Made by a program: the position numbers and the translations under genes. Shown one piece after another: positions 19,956-30,558 of a stretch of 64,000 nucleotides of DNA. Below the pieces are notes generated by a model that did not search any database, was not told the DNA's origin, and worked only from the letters and a program-made list of their open reading frames with translations. The stretch lies in the NCBI GenBank assembly GCA_963779755.1, contig CAVZZO010000001.1:608001-672000 (forward strand), written 5' to 3'. Positions within the stretch are counted from its first letter, which is position 1, and every line of letters starts with the position of its first letter. The stretch is from an uncultured Gemmatimonadales bacterium. Lineage in GTDB: Bacteria > Gemmatimonadota > Gemmatimonadetes > Gemmatimonadales > GWC2-71-9.

Positions 19956-20441
19956 ATGGCAGCGAACACACAAGCGATCCCCAAGGGGTACCATACGATC
20001 ACGCCGAGCCTCATCGTCGCCGACGCGGCGAAGGCGATTGATTTCTACAAGAAGGCGCTGGGTGCCGAGGAGAAGTCGCGCTTCCCGGGGCCCAACGGAC
20101 GGATCATGCACGCCGAGCTCCGGATCGGCGACTCTCCCCTGATGCTGGGCGAAGAGATGCCGGAACAGGGCGCCAAGGGCCCCAAGGCGTATGGCGGCAC
20201 GCCGGTCAGCTTCTTTCTGTACACGGAGAATGTGGACGCGGCGTGGAAGCGGGCGGTCGATGCCGGGGGCAAGACCGTCATGCCGCTGGAAGACCAGTTC
20301 TGGGGCGATCGGGCCGGGTGTTTCGAGGACCCGGCCGGCCACCAGTGGTGGCTGGCGCAGCACATCAGGGACCTGACGCCGGAAGAGATGAAGAAGAGTG
20401 CGGACGAGTTCTTCGCGCACGCGGGGTCGGCGTCGCGCTGA
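19956..20441 (+). CDS. VOC/glyoxalase (PhnB-like) protein
   Basis: GYHTITP, IMHAELRIGDS and FWGDRAG..EDPAGH.W motifs; GGAGG RBS. Confidence 0.92.
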   Translation: MAANTQAIPKGYHTITPSLIVADAAKAIDFYKKALGAEEKSRFPGPNGRIMHAELRIGDSPLMLGEEMPEQGAKGPKAYGGTPVSFFLYTENVDAAWKRAVDAGGKTVMPLEDQFWGDRAGCFEDPAGHQWWLAQHIRDLTPEEMKKSADEFFAHAGSASR

Positions 20442-20665
20442 GCGCCATCGCCGCTCACTATTTACCGTTTGACCCTCACCCCCTGCCCCCTTCCCTGTTG
20501 GGAAGGGGGCAGGGGGACCGACGGTTCGTGCGCACCGGAACACCTTCACAAAATTGCTTCGGCGGCTGGTGCCACCTCGCAATGGCAGTAAGCATTTCTT
20601 CCCGCTCCGCTGAGTACGCAGGGTTTGGGCCGATCTGCAGCCTCGCGCCGGAGTCCCGTCCCGCA

Positions 20666-21736
20666 TCAGGGCGTAAGGCGTGTGTATCCCAGATCGAGGA
20701 ACGCGTTATCACCCGGAATGTGGTAATGCACCAGGAAGCCGTCGGGCTGAAGGGTTGCGGTATGTTCCAGGTGTGGGCCGATAAGCTCTGACAGCATCGT
20801 CAGGTTTCCGCTCGCGTCCACCACCGTGACCAGCCCGTTATCGTGTTCACCGATGATCTGCAACCGAAGCTCGCGCTGCACCGTGTTTCCCGTGCGAAAG
20901 ACATGATACTGCGAGAATCGCACGCCAAGCCGGTATCGCTCCTGCAACAGCCCCGACAGCACCAGGAATCCGGAATCCGCGTATACCTCGTCGAACTCCT
21001 TCACACCGTTGAATTCCACGGAGTCCGCCGCCACCAGCACGGGAAGCGGGGAACCGTTGAAGCGCGTCAGCACAAAGGGCGTATCCGCCACCACGACCCC
21101 CACACGCGCCGTTCCCACCACGCCGTCCACATTCCCGTGGATCGTCGTCGCTCCCGGCCCCTCGGCGGCCAGAAGCCCGGTGTCGATCGAGCCGATCGAC
21201 CCGGGCCCCAGGATGGCTGCGACCTGGGTGTTGTCCGAAGTGAATGTGACGGCGCGGCCGGTGATCGGCCGGCCGCCCTGGCCCAGGACCCGGACGGCCA
21301 CCGTCACACGGTCGCCGCGTCCCATGCTCAGACTGTCCGGCAGCAGCTCCACCTGCTTCACGACCAGCCGGCCGATCACCAGATCGTACACACCGGCCGC
21401 CGTGCCGCTGCGGGCACTGATGCGCACGGTGCCCGGCTGCCGAAGCGAGAGCAGGCCCTCGCCGATGACACTCGCGAGGATGGTGTCGCCGACCGCCCAG
21501 GTCACCGGCGCGTCGGTTACCTCGGCGCCGGCCGTGTCAAAGACCTGCGCGGTCAGCCGCACGGTATCGCCCTCGAAGGCGCTGTCTGCGACCGGTACGA
21601 TGCTGAGTGCCCGACCAGGAAGGTGTGGGGCAGCAACGTCGCTGCAGGAGAGCGTCGCGACGGCGGCCACCAGCGCGGATACCGCCCGAACGGCGGCCCT
21701 GGCCGGGCCTGGCCGGATCGAGGAGGGCGAACTCAT
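20666..21736 (-). CDS. Lipoprotein with bacterial Ig-like domains
   Basis: LSC lipobox; VTW...ASV...G.L and VTFTSDNTQVA repeats of Big_2 type. Confidence 0.7.
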   Translation of the reverse strand: MSSPSSIRPGPARAAVRAVSALVAAVATLSCSDVAAPHLPGRALSIVPVADSAFEGDTVRLTAQVFDTAGAEVTDAPVTWAVGDTILASVIGEGLLSLRQPGTVRISARSGTAAGVYDLVIGRLVVKQVELLPDSLSMGRGDRVTVAVRVLGQGGRPITGRAVTFTSDNTQVAAILGPGSIGSIDTGLLAAEGPGATTIHGNVDGVVGTARVGVVVADTPFVLTRFNGSPLPVLVAADSVEFNGVKEFDEVYADSGFLVLSGLLQERYRLGVRFSQYHVFRTGNTVQRELRLQIIGEHDNGLVTVVDASGNLTMLSELIGPHLEHTATLQPDGFLVHYHIPGDNAFLDLGYTRLTP

Positions 21737-21762
21737 ACGGGGGTATCCTGTTGATGTCTCAT

Positions 21763-21821
21763 GCTGCAACCACCGTTAGAAGGATGACGCACGGCTGCCC
21801 GGGTACCGCATTCAGCTGCGG
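21763..21821 (-). mobile_element. Two half attC-like remnants
   Basis: Minus strand GCAGCTGAATGCGGTAC (L'-like, R' decayed) followed by TTCTAACggtggTTGCAGC (R''/L''-like). Confidence 0.35.
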
Positions 21822-22012
21822 CAATTGCAGCCCCAAGACGCACAGCAACCTCGGATTGTTCCAATCTGCCGGCCGCTTCCCCGGGTCCCCTCCCCCCCCT
21901 GCGAGACCGCGCGTCGTTGCTGCCCGGCTCCGCAGGGCGGTGCCGGGTAACCCCGGCAACCGCGTGGCGGTGACCGTCATACACGCCAGCACCGCTTGAC
22001 CCGATTGACGAC

Positions 22013-23284
22013 TCACCGGACCACCACCCGTCCGGTCATTTGCGGGTGCAGGGCACAGAAATAGTCGTAGGTGCCGGACTTCCCGAAGGTGGTCGAGAAC
22101 TGCTGACCGGTATCCAGCACCTTGGAGGGCGCGAACTTGTGATCGGAGCTCGTCACGAGGTGCGGCACATCATCACGGTTGATCCAGGTAAGCGGAGTTC
22201 CGCGCTCCACCGTGATGGTTGCGGGAGTGAATGCGAAGTTATCGATGGCCACCTGATTCCTGCCCGGCTTGAGCGGAGCGTGCGCGCCGCTCGCACCCAT
22301 CGCCCCGCGTGCAAAGTCGCCCAGCGGATTGCCCGACAGCGTCTGGTCTACCGTAGCGAGCGTGCCGTTGCCCTCGACATAGGTGACGTGGCGAATACCG
22401 AGGTAGTCGCGCAGCTCGCCGGCATCCACCGTCATCGGCCCCGGGGAGGGGGCGGTTCCGGGCGCCGGCTGCGGGAACGCGGTGGAGAGGGCGGTGTGGA
22501 AAGCCACGTTTCCCTCCACCTTCTGCATGACCTGGTGGATGTGCCCGTTGAGCACGGTGACGCTGCCGAACCGGCGGAGCAGGGCGAGCGCCTGCTGGCT
22601 GTCATCCGTGCCCCATCCCCATTCCGGATAGACGGTCCAGAGCGGGACATGGGCGAACACCACGATCGGGGTGCTGGCGGAGAGCCGCGACAGGTCGCGG
22701 CGGAGCCAGTCGATCTGCGCCCGGCCCAGGGCGCCCAGGCCGCCGGCCTTGAGATTGAGCACGTTCACCAGGCCGATGAAATGCACGCCGCTATGGTCGA
22801 AGCTGTACCACCCATCGCCCACGGCGCCCTTGCCGTAGCGCTGCCGGTATTGGCCGCCGTTGTCCGTCAGCACGTCATGCTCGCCCGGCACATAGAAGAC
22901 CCGTTCCGTCTTCAGGCCGCGGAGCACCTGGTCGGCGGTGTCGAATTCACCGGGTTTGGAGAGGTGTGAGATATCGCCGGTGTGCAGCACAAATGCCGGC
23001 CGGTAGCGCAGGGCATTGAGCCGGTTCACGGCCGCCTGCAGCGTAGCGGTTACATCGGCGTTGGCGGCCTTGTTGAAACCGATATGGCTGTCGCTGATCT
23101 GGGCAAAGAGGAGAGTGCGCTGCTCCTCCGCGCTCAGCGGGCCCGGCTTGCCGAGGGACACCGCCCGGGGCACTCCGCCGGACATGACCCAGACCAGCCC
23201 GGTTCCCGCCCAGGCCATGCACTTGAGAAATCCCCGGCGGTCCACACTGTCGTCGTTGTGGTCGTGTTCGATATAATTTGACAT
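22013..23284 (-). CDS. Tat-signal metallophosphoesterase fused to a C-terminal cupredoxin (type-1 Cu) domain
   Basis: DRRGFLK leader; DSH, GD, GEHD and GHIH motifs; PH...YFCALHPQM. Confidence 0.9.
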   Translation of the reverse strand: MSNYIEHDHNDDSVDRRGFLKCMAWAGTGLVWVMSGGVPRAVSLGKPGPLSAEEQRTLLFAQISDSHIGFNKAANADVTATLQAAVNRLNALRYRPAFVLHTGDISHLSKPGEFDTADQVLRGLKTERVFYVPGEHDVLTDNGGQYRQRYGKGAVGDGWYSFDHSGVHFIGLVNVLNLKAGGLGALGRAQIDWLRRDLSRLSASTPIVVFAHVPLWTVYPEWGWGTDDSQQALALLRRFGSVTVLNGHIHQVMQKVEGNVAFHTALSTAFPQPAPGTAPSPGPMTVDAGELRDYLGIRHVTYVEGNGTLATVDQTLSGNPLGDFARGAMGASGAHAPLKPGRNQVAIDNFAFTPATITVERGTPLTWINRDDVPHLVTSSDHKFAPSKVLDTGQQFSTTFGKSGTYDYFCALHPQMTGRVVVR

Positions 23285-23313
23285 GATCATCATCCCTCTG
23301 AGGGTCCGGTGGA

Positions 23314-23374
23314 GTGGACCCCGGGCGAGGGCCGTTTATTCCGGGGGAATACGGGGAGCGATTGGCCGGTCCAC
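23314..23374. promoter_or_regulatory. Back-to-back ECF-type promoters, both GGAATA-N17-GTCCAC
   Basis: Plus: GGAATA 23346-23351 and GTCCAC 23369-23374. Minus: GGAATA 23342-23337 and GTCCAC 23319-23314. Confidence 0.75.
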
Positions 23375-23403
23375 CTGATGATGACACCAGGTCCCTGGAG
23401 GCC

Positions 23404-23931
23404 GTGACGGAGCGTGAGGACGCTGCCGGCGCGTTCGAGCGCGCGGTCCTGCCGTACCTCGACGACGCCTATGCCGTCGCGCGCTATCTGCTGCGCGATG
23501 AGCATGACGCCCAGGACGCGGTGCAGGACGCCTACCTGCGCGCCCTGCGCTACTACGATCCCGCGGTTGTGGTGGATGCGCGGGCCTGGTTGCTGACGAT
23601 CGTCCGCCGGTGCTGTTTCGACTGGCGCGCGCGCTGGCATGGCAAGACCCCCATGGCCGGAGAGCCCGCCCTGCTGAACTTTCCCGATCCTTCCCCCGGG
23701 CCGGAGGCGACGGCGACCGCTTCCGCCCTCAGGGACCTGGTCACGTCGGCGCTGGAATCGCTTCCGCCCGATCACCGGGAGATCCTGATCCTTCGCGAGC
23801 TGCAGCAGCTCTCCTATCGCGAGATCGCCCAGGTGGTGGGGCTGCCGATCGGTACCGTGATGTCGCGCCTGTCGCGGGCCAGGCGTAGCCTGCAACGTGT
23901 TCTGGGCGACGTGGTGGAGGCGGCGGGCTGA
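23404..23931 (+). CDS. ECF sigma factor
   Basis: DAQDAVQDAYLRA, AWLLTIVR and LSYREIA...GTVMSRLSRAR motifs. Confidence 0.93.
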   Translation: MTEREDAAGAFERAVLPYLDDAYAVARYLLRDEHDAQDAVQDAYLRALRYYDPAVVVDARAWLLTIVRRCCFDWRARWHGKTPMAGEPALLNFPDPSPGPEATATASALRDLVTSALESLPPDHREILILRELQQLSYREIAQVVGLPIGTVMSRLSRARRSLQRVLGDVVEAAG

Positions 23932-24803
23932 TGACGGACATGACGCGGATGCCCGGTGAGGGTGGAATCGCCTGCCATGAGGTGGGGGAACTCCTCAGCG
24001 CCTACCTGGATGACGAGCTCGCGCCACGCCGCACGGCGGAAGTATCGGCGCATCTCGAGCGCTGCGTGGACTGCCGGCGGGATCTCGCCAGGTTGCGGCG
24101 CACCGGCGACGCGATCCGACAGGTACTGGCTCCGCCGGCCACGCCGGACGTCCTCCGCGCCCGGGTGCGCGCTGCGATCCGGGAGGCCGACCCGCCGGCG
24201 GCCGGCGTCCGGCCCGGGCCGGAGCCGGCCTCGCGCAGGCGCCGGAGGTGGCGATGGCCCGCCGTAGCCGCGGCCGGGCTCGGCATCGCGGTGGCCAGCA
24301 GCGCCATCACCATCGCGGTGCTGAAGAGGCCGGCCGCCGCCGCGCCGGAGCTCGCCGCGCACGAAGCGGTGCAGAGCCATGTGCGCGCCCTGATGAGCGG
24401 CCGCATGATCGATGTGGCATCGAGCGACCAGCACACCGTCAAACCATGGTTCAACGGGCGGGTCGATTTCTCACCCGACGTGCCCCGACTCGATTCGCTC
24501 GGCTTTCCGCTGCGGGGCGGCCGGCTGGACCATGTGGGCGACCAGCCGGTAGCCGCGCTGGTATATGGACGGCGCAAGCACCTGATCGATGTCTTCACCC
24601 GGCCATGGGCAACGGGCGCGCGGTCGATTGCTGACACGGCCGTGATCACCGAGCGAGGGTACCACGTGCTGCACTGGGCCGGTAACGGGATGGAGTTCTG
24701 GGCGGTATCCGACCTTTCCGTGCCGGATCTCCGGCTCTTCGCCACGGCATTTGCGCGAACCGCGTATTCGGAACCGCCGCCAGGTTCTCCGAGCGTGCAG
24801 TAA
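23931..24803 (+). CDS. Zinc-finger (HxxxCxxC) transmembrane anti-sigma factor
   Basis: SAYLDDEL, HLERCVDC, one TM, SSDQHTVKPWF; overlaps the sigma stop codon. Confidence 0.9.
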   Translation: MTDMTRMPGEGGIACHEVGELLSAYLDDELAPRRTAEVSAHLERCVDCRRDLARLRRTGDAIRQVLAPPATPDVLRARVRAAIREADPPAAGVRPGPEPASRRRRRWRWPAVAAAGLGIAVASSAITIAVLKRPAAAAPELAAHEAVQSHVRALMSGRMIDVASSDQHTVKPWFNGRVDFSPDVPRLDSLGFPLRGGRLDHVGDQPVAALVYGRRKHLIDVFTRPWATGARSIADTAVITERGYHVLHWAGNGMEFWAVSDLSVPDLRLFATAFARTAYSEPPPGSPSVQ

Positions 24804-25025
24804 CAGGGCGTGTCGGGCCGAGGGCCCTGGCCGCCCGATTGGCCCGCTCCCCTCCCCGCTCGCACCGCCGCACCCCGGCCCGCTCCACCCGGCTCCGGCC
24901 GTCCCCGGGTGAGGCGTCTGGACGGCCACCGGAGCGTGGGATACTTTGGCGGGTACTCCGGGTAGGTCGATTCGCGGCGTATGCCGGAGCCACCCCCAAG
25001 ATTCCTGCAGAAAGGACCCATCCCA

Positions 25026-25337
25026 ATGCGTTTCATGGTGCAGTTCTGGATTCCCACCGAGCACGGCAACGAGGTCGTTCGTTCGGGCAAAATCGAGAAG
25101 GTCATGAAGAAACTGGGCGAGGAGTTCAAGCCCGAGGCGATGTATTTCTATCCGGACGAGGGGATGCGCGCGGGTGCCATGTTTGTTCAAAGCGACAATC
25201 CGGCGATCTGCACCGCGCTCGGTGAACGCATGTGGTTCGGCCTGCAGGCCCGGATCAAGGTGACTCCCGTGATGAACGGCGAGGAACTCGGCAAGGGTCT
25301 GACGGAGATGGGGAAGATCCTCGAGAATTACGCCTGA
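25026..25337 (+). CDS. Small conserved hypothetical protein (DUF3303/GYD-like)
   Basis: KPEAMYF...G.R...PVMN.EEL.KGL pattern; AGGA RBS. Confidence 0.7.
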   Translation: MRFMVQFWIPTEHGNEVVRSGKIEKVMKKLGEEFKPEAMYFYPDEGMRAGAMFVQSDNPAICTALGERMWFGLQARIKVTPVMNGEELGKGLTEMGKILENYA

Positions 25338-25637
25338 GGGAATGTCGCTCAGCCGGGCTGCCGTGGTAGCGCCGGCAGGCAAGCCCACAGATTACACAGA
25401 TTTGCTCCGGTCGCTCGCGTGGTTCCGCCGAGGATGGTCCACAGAGGGAGGCCTGAGCACGTGGCGCCTTGGGGGCCGGGCCCGCCGGAGCAGTCCGAGA
25501 ACTGGTCGATGCGCCCGGATACCGTGTTGCCGACGGCGAACGCGGGAAGCGCCGCATAGCCCACCGCAATCGCTTACCTTTCGCAGCCCATACGCCCTGC
25601 TCGTCGGCCCAGCGCACGCTTCCAGCATGGACCCGCC

Positions 25638-27580
25638 ATGACGCACTCAGATCGTTTTTCCCGCCTCGCGCTCACCCTGGCACTTACCCTCCTGCCGATC
25701 GGGGCTTCCGCGCAGCAGCCGGCAACCCGGCCGGCCGGGGCCGCGGCCGGGAAGGCAGCCCTTCCGATGCCGCGCAGCCTGCAGCAGGCCGTGGCCGCCG
25801 GGACCCGCACTGTCGCCGGCGCGCCGGGCCCCGGCTACTGGCAGAACCATGCCCGCTACGGCATCGAACTCGTGGTGAATCCCCCCTCGCCGACGGTGAC
25901 CGGCGTCGAAGAGATCGTCTACTACAACGAAAGCCCGGACACGCTGCGCCATCTCGGCTTCAAGCTGATCAACAACATCCACAAGCCGGGCACCGCCCGC
26001 AGCCGGGGGGTACCTCGCCCGAGTTTCTCACCGGCGGGGTGCAGATCGATTCGTTCGCCGTGAACGGCACGGCGGCTCCCTTTCCCCGGGGCCCGATGGT
26101 CTTTACCTCGCCCCGGGTGAACCTGCCGGCACCCCTCCTGCCCGGCGATTCCGTGCGCCTCGCCATCCGCTGGCACTACGATCTGGCGAAAGGCGCTGGG
26201 CGCGAGGGCGTCATCGACTCGACCACCTTCTATATCGCCTACTTCTATCCCGAGGTCGCCGTCTACGACGACTACCAGGGCTGGGACGACATCGAGTTCA
26301 ACGGCCGGCAGGAGTTCTATACCGACTTCAACGACTACGATCTGAAGGTCCGGGTTCCGGCTGGCTACGTCGTCTGGGCCACGGGGGATCTGGAGAACCC
26401 GGATGAGCTGCTCCAGCCGGAGCCGCTCGCGCGCTACAAGACGTCGTTTGCCGCGGACACGGTGGTGCACATCGCGACGCGGGCGCAGATGCTCGCGCAT
26501 CAGGTGACGAAGAGCGACTCCGCCCTGACGTGGCACTTCACCGCGCACGACATTCCCGACGTGGCGCTGGGACTGAGCGATCACTACGACTGGGACGGCA
26601 CCAGCGTGGTGGTGGACGACCAGGCGCACCGCCGGGTGAGCGTGCAGTCGGCCTACAACGAGGGCGCCCCGGATTACCCCCACATGGCGGAGTGGGTGCG
26701 CCACGCGCTCGATTACTTCTCGCACCAGTGGCCCGGTGTGCCCTATCCCTATCCGAAGATGACCGCGTTCCAGGGTTACGCCGACATGGAGTACCCCATG
26801 ATGATCAACGATGCCGCGGAGCCCGACACCGCGACCTCGCGTTTCATCGCGGACCACGAGATCGCCCATACCTACATGCCCTTCTACATGGGCATCGACC
26901 AGACCCGCTGGGGGTTCATGGACGAGGGCTGGGCCACCGCCTTCGAATATTTCATCAATCGTGCGGACAATGGCGCGGCGTGGGCGGACAGCCTCTTCCG
27001 CGCGTTCCGGGTGTCCGGCTGGATCCACGACCCCTCGCCCGCCGAGGATGTTCCCATCATCACGCCCGAGGATGTGCTCGGCGCCAGCGTCTCTTACGCC
27101 CACAACGCCTACGGCAAGGCCGCCCTCGGTTATCTGGCTCTCCACGACCTGCTGGGCGACGCGACGTTCCGGAAGGCGCTCCATGCCTACATGGCCGCCT
27201 GGCACGGCAAGCACCCCTCGCCCTGGGACTTCTTCTACTCGTTCAATGCGGCCAGCGGGCAGGATCTGAACTGGTTCTGGAAGGCCTGGTACTTCGAACC
27301 CAGCTACATCGACCTCGCGCTCGCGGACGTACGCCCCAGCGCCGGCGGCTACACGCTGACCGTCCGCAATGTCGGCAGCATGCCGGCGCCGTTCGACGTG
27401 GTGCTCCAGTTCGCCGACGGCTCGACCCACCGGGTGCACCAGACGCCCGCGGTGTGGCAGCAGAACATGGGGACCGCCACGGTGCGTGTGAAGACGGCCA
27501 GGACGCTGCGCTCGGCCAGGCTGGACGGCGGCATCTGGATGGATGCGACGCCGGGGGACAATGAGTGGAGGGCGAAGTAG
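25638..27580 (+). CDS. M1 family zinc aminopeptidase, frameshifted at a G6 run (26005-26010)
   Basis: Signal peptide and PGPGYWQN in the first frame; MEYPM, HEIAH, MDEG and AYGK in the second frame; adding one G gives a continuous ORF. Confidence 0.85.
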
Positions 27581-27732
27581 CCTCACCCCCTGACCCCTCT
27601 CCACTGCGTGGAGAGGGGAGCCGCTTGCTGCCGTGATTGCGAGGGCGCCGAGCGCCCGAAGCAATCTCCCCGGATGCCGGCAAGGAGCTCCCCCCTGTCA
27701 CCCTTCGGCCCCTTCGCCGCGCTCAGGGTGAG
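27581..27732. repeat. Three different REP-like palindromes stacked between convergent genes
   Basis: CCTCACCCCCTGACCCCTCTCC...GGAGAGGGG; GTGATTGCGAG...GAAGCAATC; GTCACCCT...CCTTCGCCGCGCTCAGGGTGA. Confidence 0.75.
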
Positions 27733-27746
27733 TCACCCTTCCCCAT

Positions 27747-28307
27747 CTAGATCTTCCCGGCCACGATGTGCGCCACCGGCTCCTTGTACGTGCTCCGCCC
27801 GGCGATCACCACGTAGTAGCCGTCCTTCGCGAACCAGAGCCCGCCCTGCGCATCATAGAACGCGCCGGGGAGGTCGGCAGGTGCCTGGTGGTCGGTGCTG
27901 CGATTGCCGGTCTGGTTCATCTGGTAGTCGTCGTCGGTCATGTAGCTGACCTGCGTCTCCAGACTGTTGGTGATGTAGGAGCAGTAATTGTCGGTCGGCA
28001 GGGTGCCCGGCGCCTTGTCGGGATGCGCCTCCGCCTTCTCGATTCCGAGCTGCGACAGCTCCGCCGCGGTGAGCGATTGGCACGGCTGGTTGTTGAAGGG
28101 CACCTTGGGCACCTTCGGCGGCTTCGGCTTGCCGAAGGGGAACATCGTGTCGGCCGCCGCCGAATCTACCGCGTCAGCCGCGGCGTTGAGCGAATCGACC
28201 GCCGCCTGCGACTGCCCCTTGCCGCCCTTGCTGCACCCGACCAGCGCCAGTGCACCGAGCACAACCGCACCGAGCGCCCCGATTCGAACCACCCGTGAAC
28301 TCTTCAT
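27747..28307 (-). CDS. Lipoprotein (DUF3558-like)
   Basis: LVGC lipobox; PCQSLTAAELSQLG...CSY. Confidence 0.65.
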   Translation of the reverse strand: MKSSRVVRIGALGAVVLGALALVGCSKGGKGQSQAAVDSLNAAADAVDSAAADTMFPFGKPKPPKVPKVPFNNQPCQSLTAAELSQLGIEKAEAHPDKAPGTLPTDNYCSYITNSLETQVSYMTDDDYQMNQTGNRSTDHQAPADLPGAFYDAQGGLWFAKDGYYVVIAGRSTYKEPVAHIVAGKI

Positions 28308-28446
28308 GGGGAAGATCTCTCCGGACGAGGGTGAACCGACCAATTCTGGCACCCGCCACGAAGATATATCCCTGGAAGCCGCAGCGTGCAGACCGCACCC
28401 CCTGTCTCCCTCTCCACGGGGGGACCGGACTGAAGCGTCGTCGGTT

Positions 28447-28680
28447 TCAGCCCAGGTGGCGCCCAGCGGCTGTCATGGTTGGGCCGGCGGAGGCGCCGGG
28501 TGGATACTCCACCATGATCATCATGGTTTCCTTGCCCGGCAGGTCCGGCAGCTGTTTCGTCATGAGCGGCGTGACCACGGCTTCCTGGGCGACGAGCCGG
28601 CCGCCGACGGCGCACAGCAGAACGGCCACCAGCGCCGCCCGGCGGACAGGCGTACTGCGTTTCGCGCGGTTGTGGCTCAT
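28447..28680 (-). pseudogene. Truncated secreted cupin
   Basis: TPLMTKQLPDLPGKE...VEYPPGAS ends before the HxH metal motif. Confidence 0.65.
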
Positions 28681-28759
28681 GGGAGATTGTCTCCTTTGAG
28701 GGCGTCCCGGCTCACCCGCCCGGGCGCCCTCGTACGTTGAATGCGTGAGGCCCGCCGGT

Positions 28760-29551
28760 CTAGCGAACGGCTTTGGCCGCCTGTGGTGTAGCCGCCTTCG
28801 TGCCGCGCGGGGCCCGGCTCCGCCACTCTTCGAGGGTGATCTCCCCCAGCTGCGCATCATCTCCCGGTACCAGCATGCGGTCGCTCAGGACCTGTCCGAA
28901 GTAACGCGCCTGCTGGTCGGCGATCACCTTGCGCGGGTCCTTCCGAGCCGCGAGGGTCTGCCGGATCAGCTCGTCGAACTGAAACTGTTCCGGCCCGGCC
29001 ACTTCCACCGTGCCGTTGACCGGCGGTCCCATGGCCACGCGCGCCACCGCCTTCGCCACATCATCGGCCGCTATGGGCTGGAACCGAACCGGCGCGACGC
29101 GAACGGTGGTGCCGACGGTCGCCGCGTCGGCGATGCGATCGATGAATTCGAAGAACTGCGTGGCATGGACGATCGAGTACGGGAGTCGGGAGGCCTTGAT
29201 CAGCGCCTCCTGGGCGACTTTGGCCCGCATGTAGCCGCTCTCGGTGAATCGGTCGGTACCCACGACCGAAAGGGCGACGTAATGGCGGACGCCCGCCGCG
29301 GTGGCGGCTGCGAGGATGTTGCGGGTCGAGGTGGTGAAGAAGCGCATCGCCGCCTCGTCCTCGAAGGAAGGGGAGTTCGAAACGTCGACCACCACCTCAG
29401 CGCCGGCCAGGGCCTGCGCAAGGCCCTCGCCCGTCAGGGAATTGACCCCCGTGTCAGGTGAGGCGGGGACGACCTCGTGGCCGTTCTTCCGGAGGTCAGT
29501 GACGACCCTGGAGCCGATGCGGCCCGTCCCGCCGATAATCACGACTTTCAT
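28760..29551 (-). CDS. Atypical SDR / NmrA-like NAD(P)-binding protein
   Basis: IGGTGRIG, ALSVVG, GYMRAK and ATQFFEF motifs. Confidence 0.9.
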   Translation of the reverse strand: MKVVIIGGTGRIGSRVVTDLRKNGHEVVPASPDTGVNSLTGEGLAQALAGAEVVVDVSNSPSFEDEAAMRFFTTSTRNILAAATAAGVRHYVALSVVGTDRFTESGYMRAKVAQEALIKASRLPYSIVHATQFFEFIDRIADAATVGTTVRVAPVRFQPIAADDVAKAVARVAMGPPVNGTVEVAGPEQFQFDELIRQTLAARKDPRKVIADQQARYFGQVLSDRMLVPGDDAQLGEITLEEWRSRAPRGTKAATPQAAKAVR

Positions 29552-29581
29552 GATTGAGTCCGGTTCAGGTTACAGTGTTGA

Positions 29582-30454
29582 TCAGCGCGTCGCCGCAGCG
29601 ACCATCTTGCTCCGCGGACTCGGTGCCGTATCCAGGCTCCGCAGGAAATTGAGGAGCTCGGTGTTCACCTCATCCTGATGCGTGGCGGTGATGCCGTGCG
29701 GCGCGCCGGGGTAGTAGACGTCCTGGGCGCCCGGAATGAGCCGGGCCGACTTCACCGCCGAGTCCCGCACCGGGACGACCTGGTCGTCCTCACCGTGCAG
29801 GATCAGCGTCGGGACGTCGAACTTCTTCAGGTCTTCGGTGAAGTCGGTCTCGCTGAAGGCCTTGATGCAGTCGTAGGCGTTCTTGAGGCCCGATTGCATG
29901 CTCCAGACCCTGAACTGATCCAGGATGCCCTCGGAAACCTTCGCTCCCGGGCGGTTGGCCCCGTAGAACATGTGGGCAAAGTCCCGGAAGAACTGCGAGC
30001 GATCCGCCGCCAGACTGGCGCGCAGCCCGTCGAACACCTCGATGGGGATGCCTTCCGGGTTGGCGGCCGTCTTCAGCATGAGGGGCGGGACCGCCGCGAT
30101 CAGCACGGCCGCGGCCACCCGCTCGGTGCCGTGTCGGCCGATGTAGCGGGCGACTTCTCCGCCGCCGGTCGAGTGGCCCACCAGCGTCACACCGGTGAGA
30201 TCCAGGGCCTCGATCACCGCCGCCAGGTCGTTGGCGTAGGTGTCCATGTCGTTGCCGTCCGACGTCTGGGTGGACCGGCCGTGGCCCCGGCGGTCGTGCG
30301 CGACTGCGCGGAAGCCGTTCTGGGCCAGAAACAGCATCTGGCCGTCCCACGCGTCGGCATTCAACGGCCACCCGTGGGAGAAGACGACGGCGGGACCGGC
30401 GCCCCAGTCCTTGTAGTAGATCGCGGTGCCGTCCGGCGTGGTGATGGTACTCAT
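29582..30454 (-). CDS. cpo: Non-haem chloroperoxidase-type alpha/beta hydrolase
   Basis: [28 protein letters not shown] and HGEDDQVVP motifs. Confidence 0.88.
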   Translation of the reverse strand: MSTITTPDGTAIYYKDWGAGPAVVFSHGWPLNADAWDGQMLFLAQNGFRAVAHDRRGHGRSTQTSDGNDMDTYANDLAAVIEALDLTGVTLVGHSTGGGEVARYIGRHGTERVAAAVLIAAVPPLMLKTAANPEGIPIEVFDGLRASLAADRSQFFRDFAHMFYGANRPGAKVSEGILDQFRVWSMQSGLKNAYDCIKAFSETDFTEDLKKFDVPTLILHGEDDQVVPVRDSAVKSARLIPGAQDVYYPGAPHGITATHQDEVNTELLNFLRSLDTAPSPRSKMVAAATR

Positions 30455-30558
30455 GGTTGCCTCCTTGGAGGGAAGGTTGGTCTGCAAGGAGGAAGATCGG
30501 GCCCGGGGAGGCGGGTCGCGTCCGTTGAACTCCCCAGTCAGGACCCCAGCCGGCGGGG

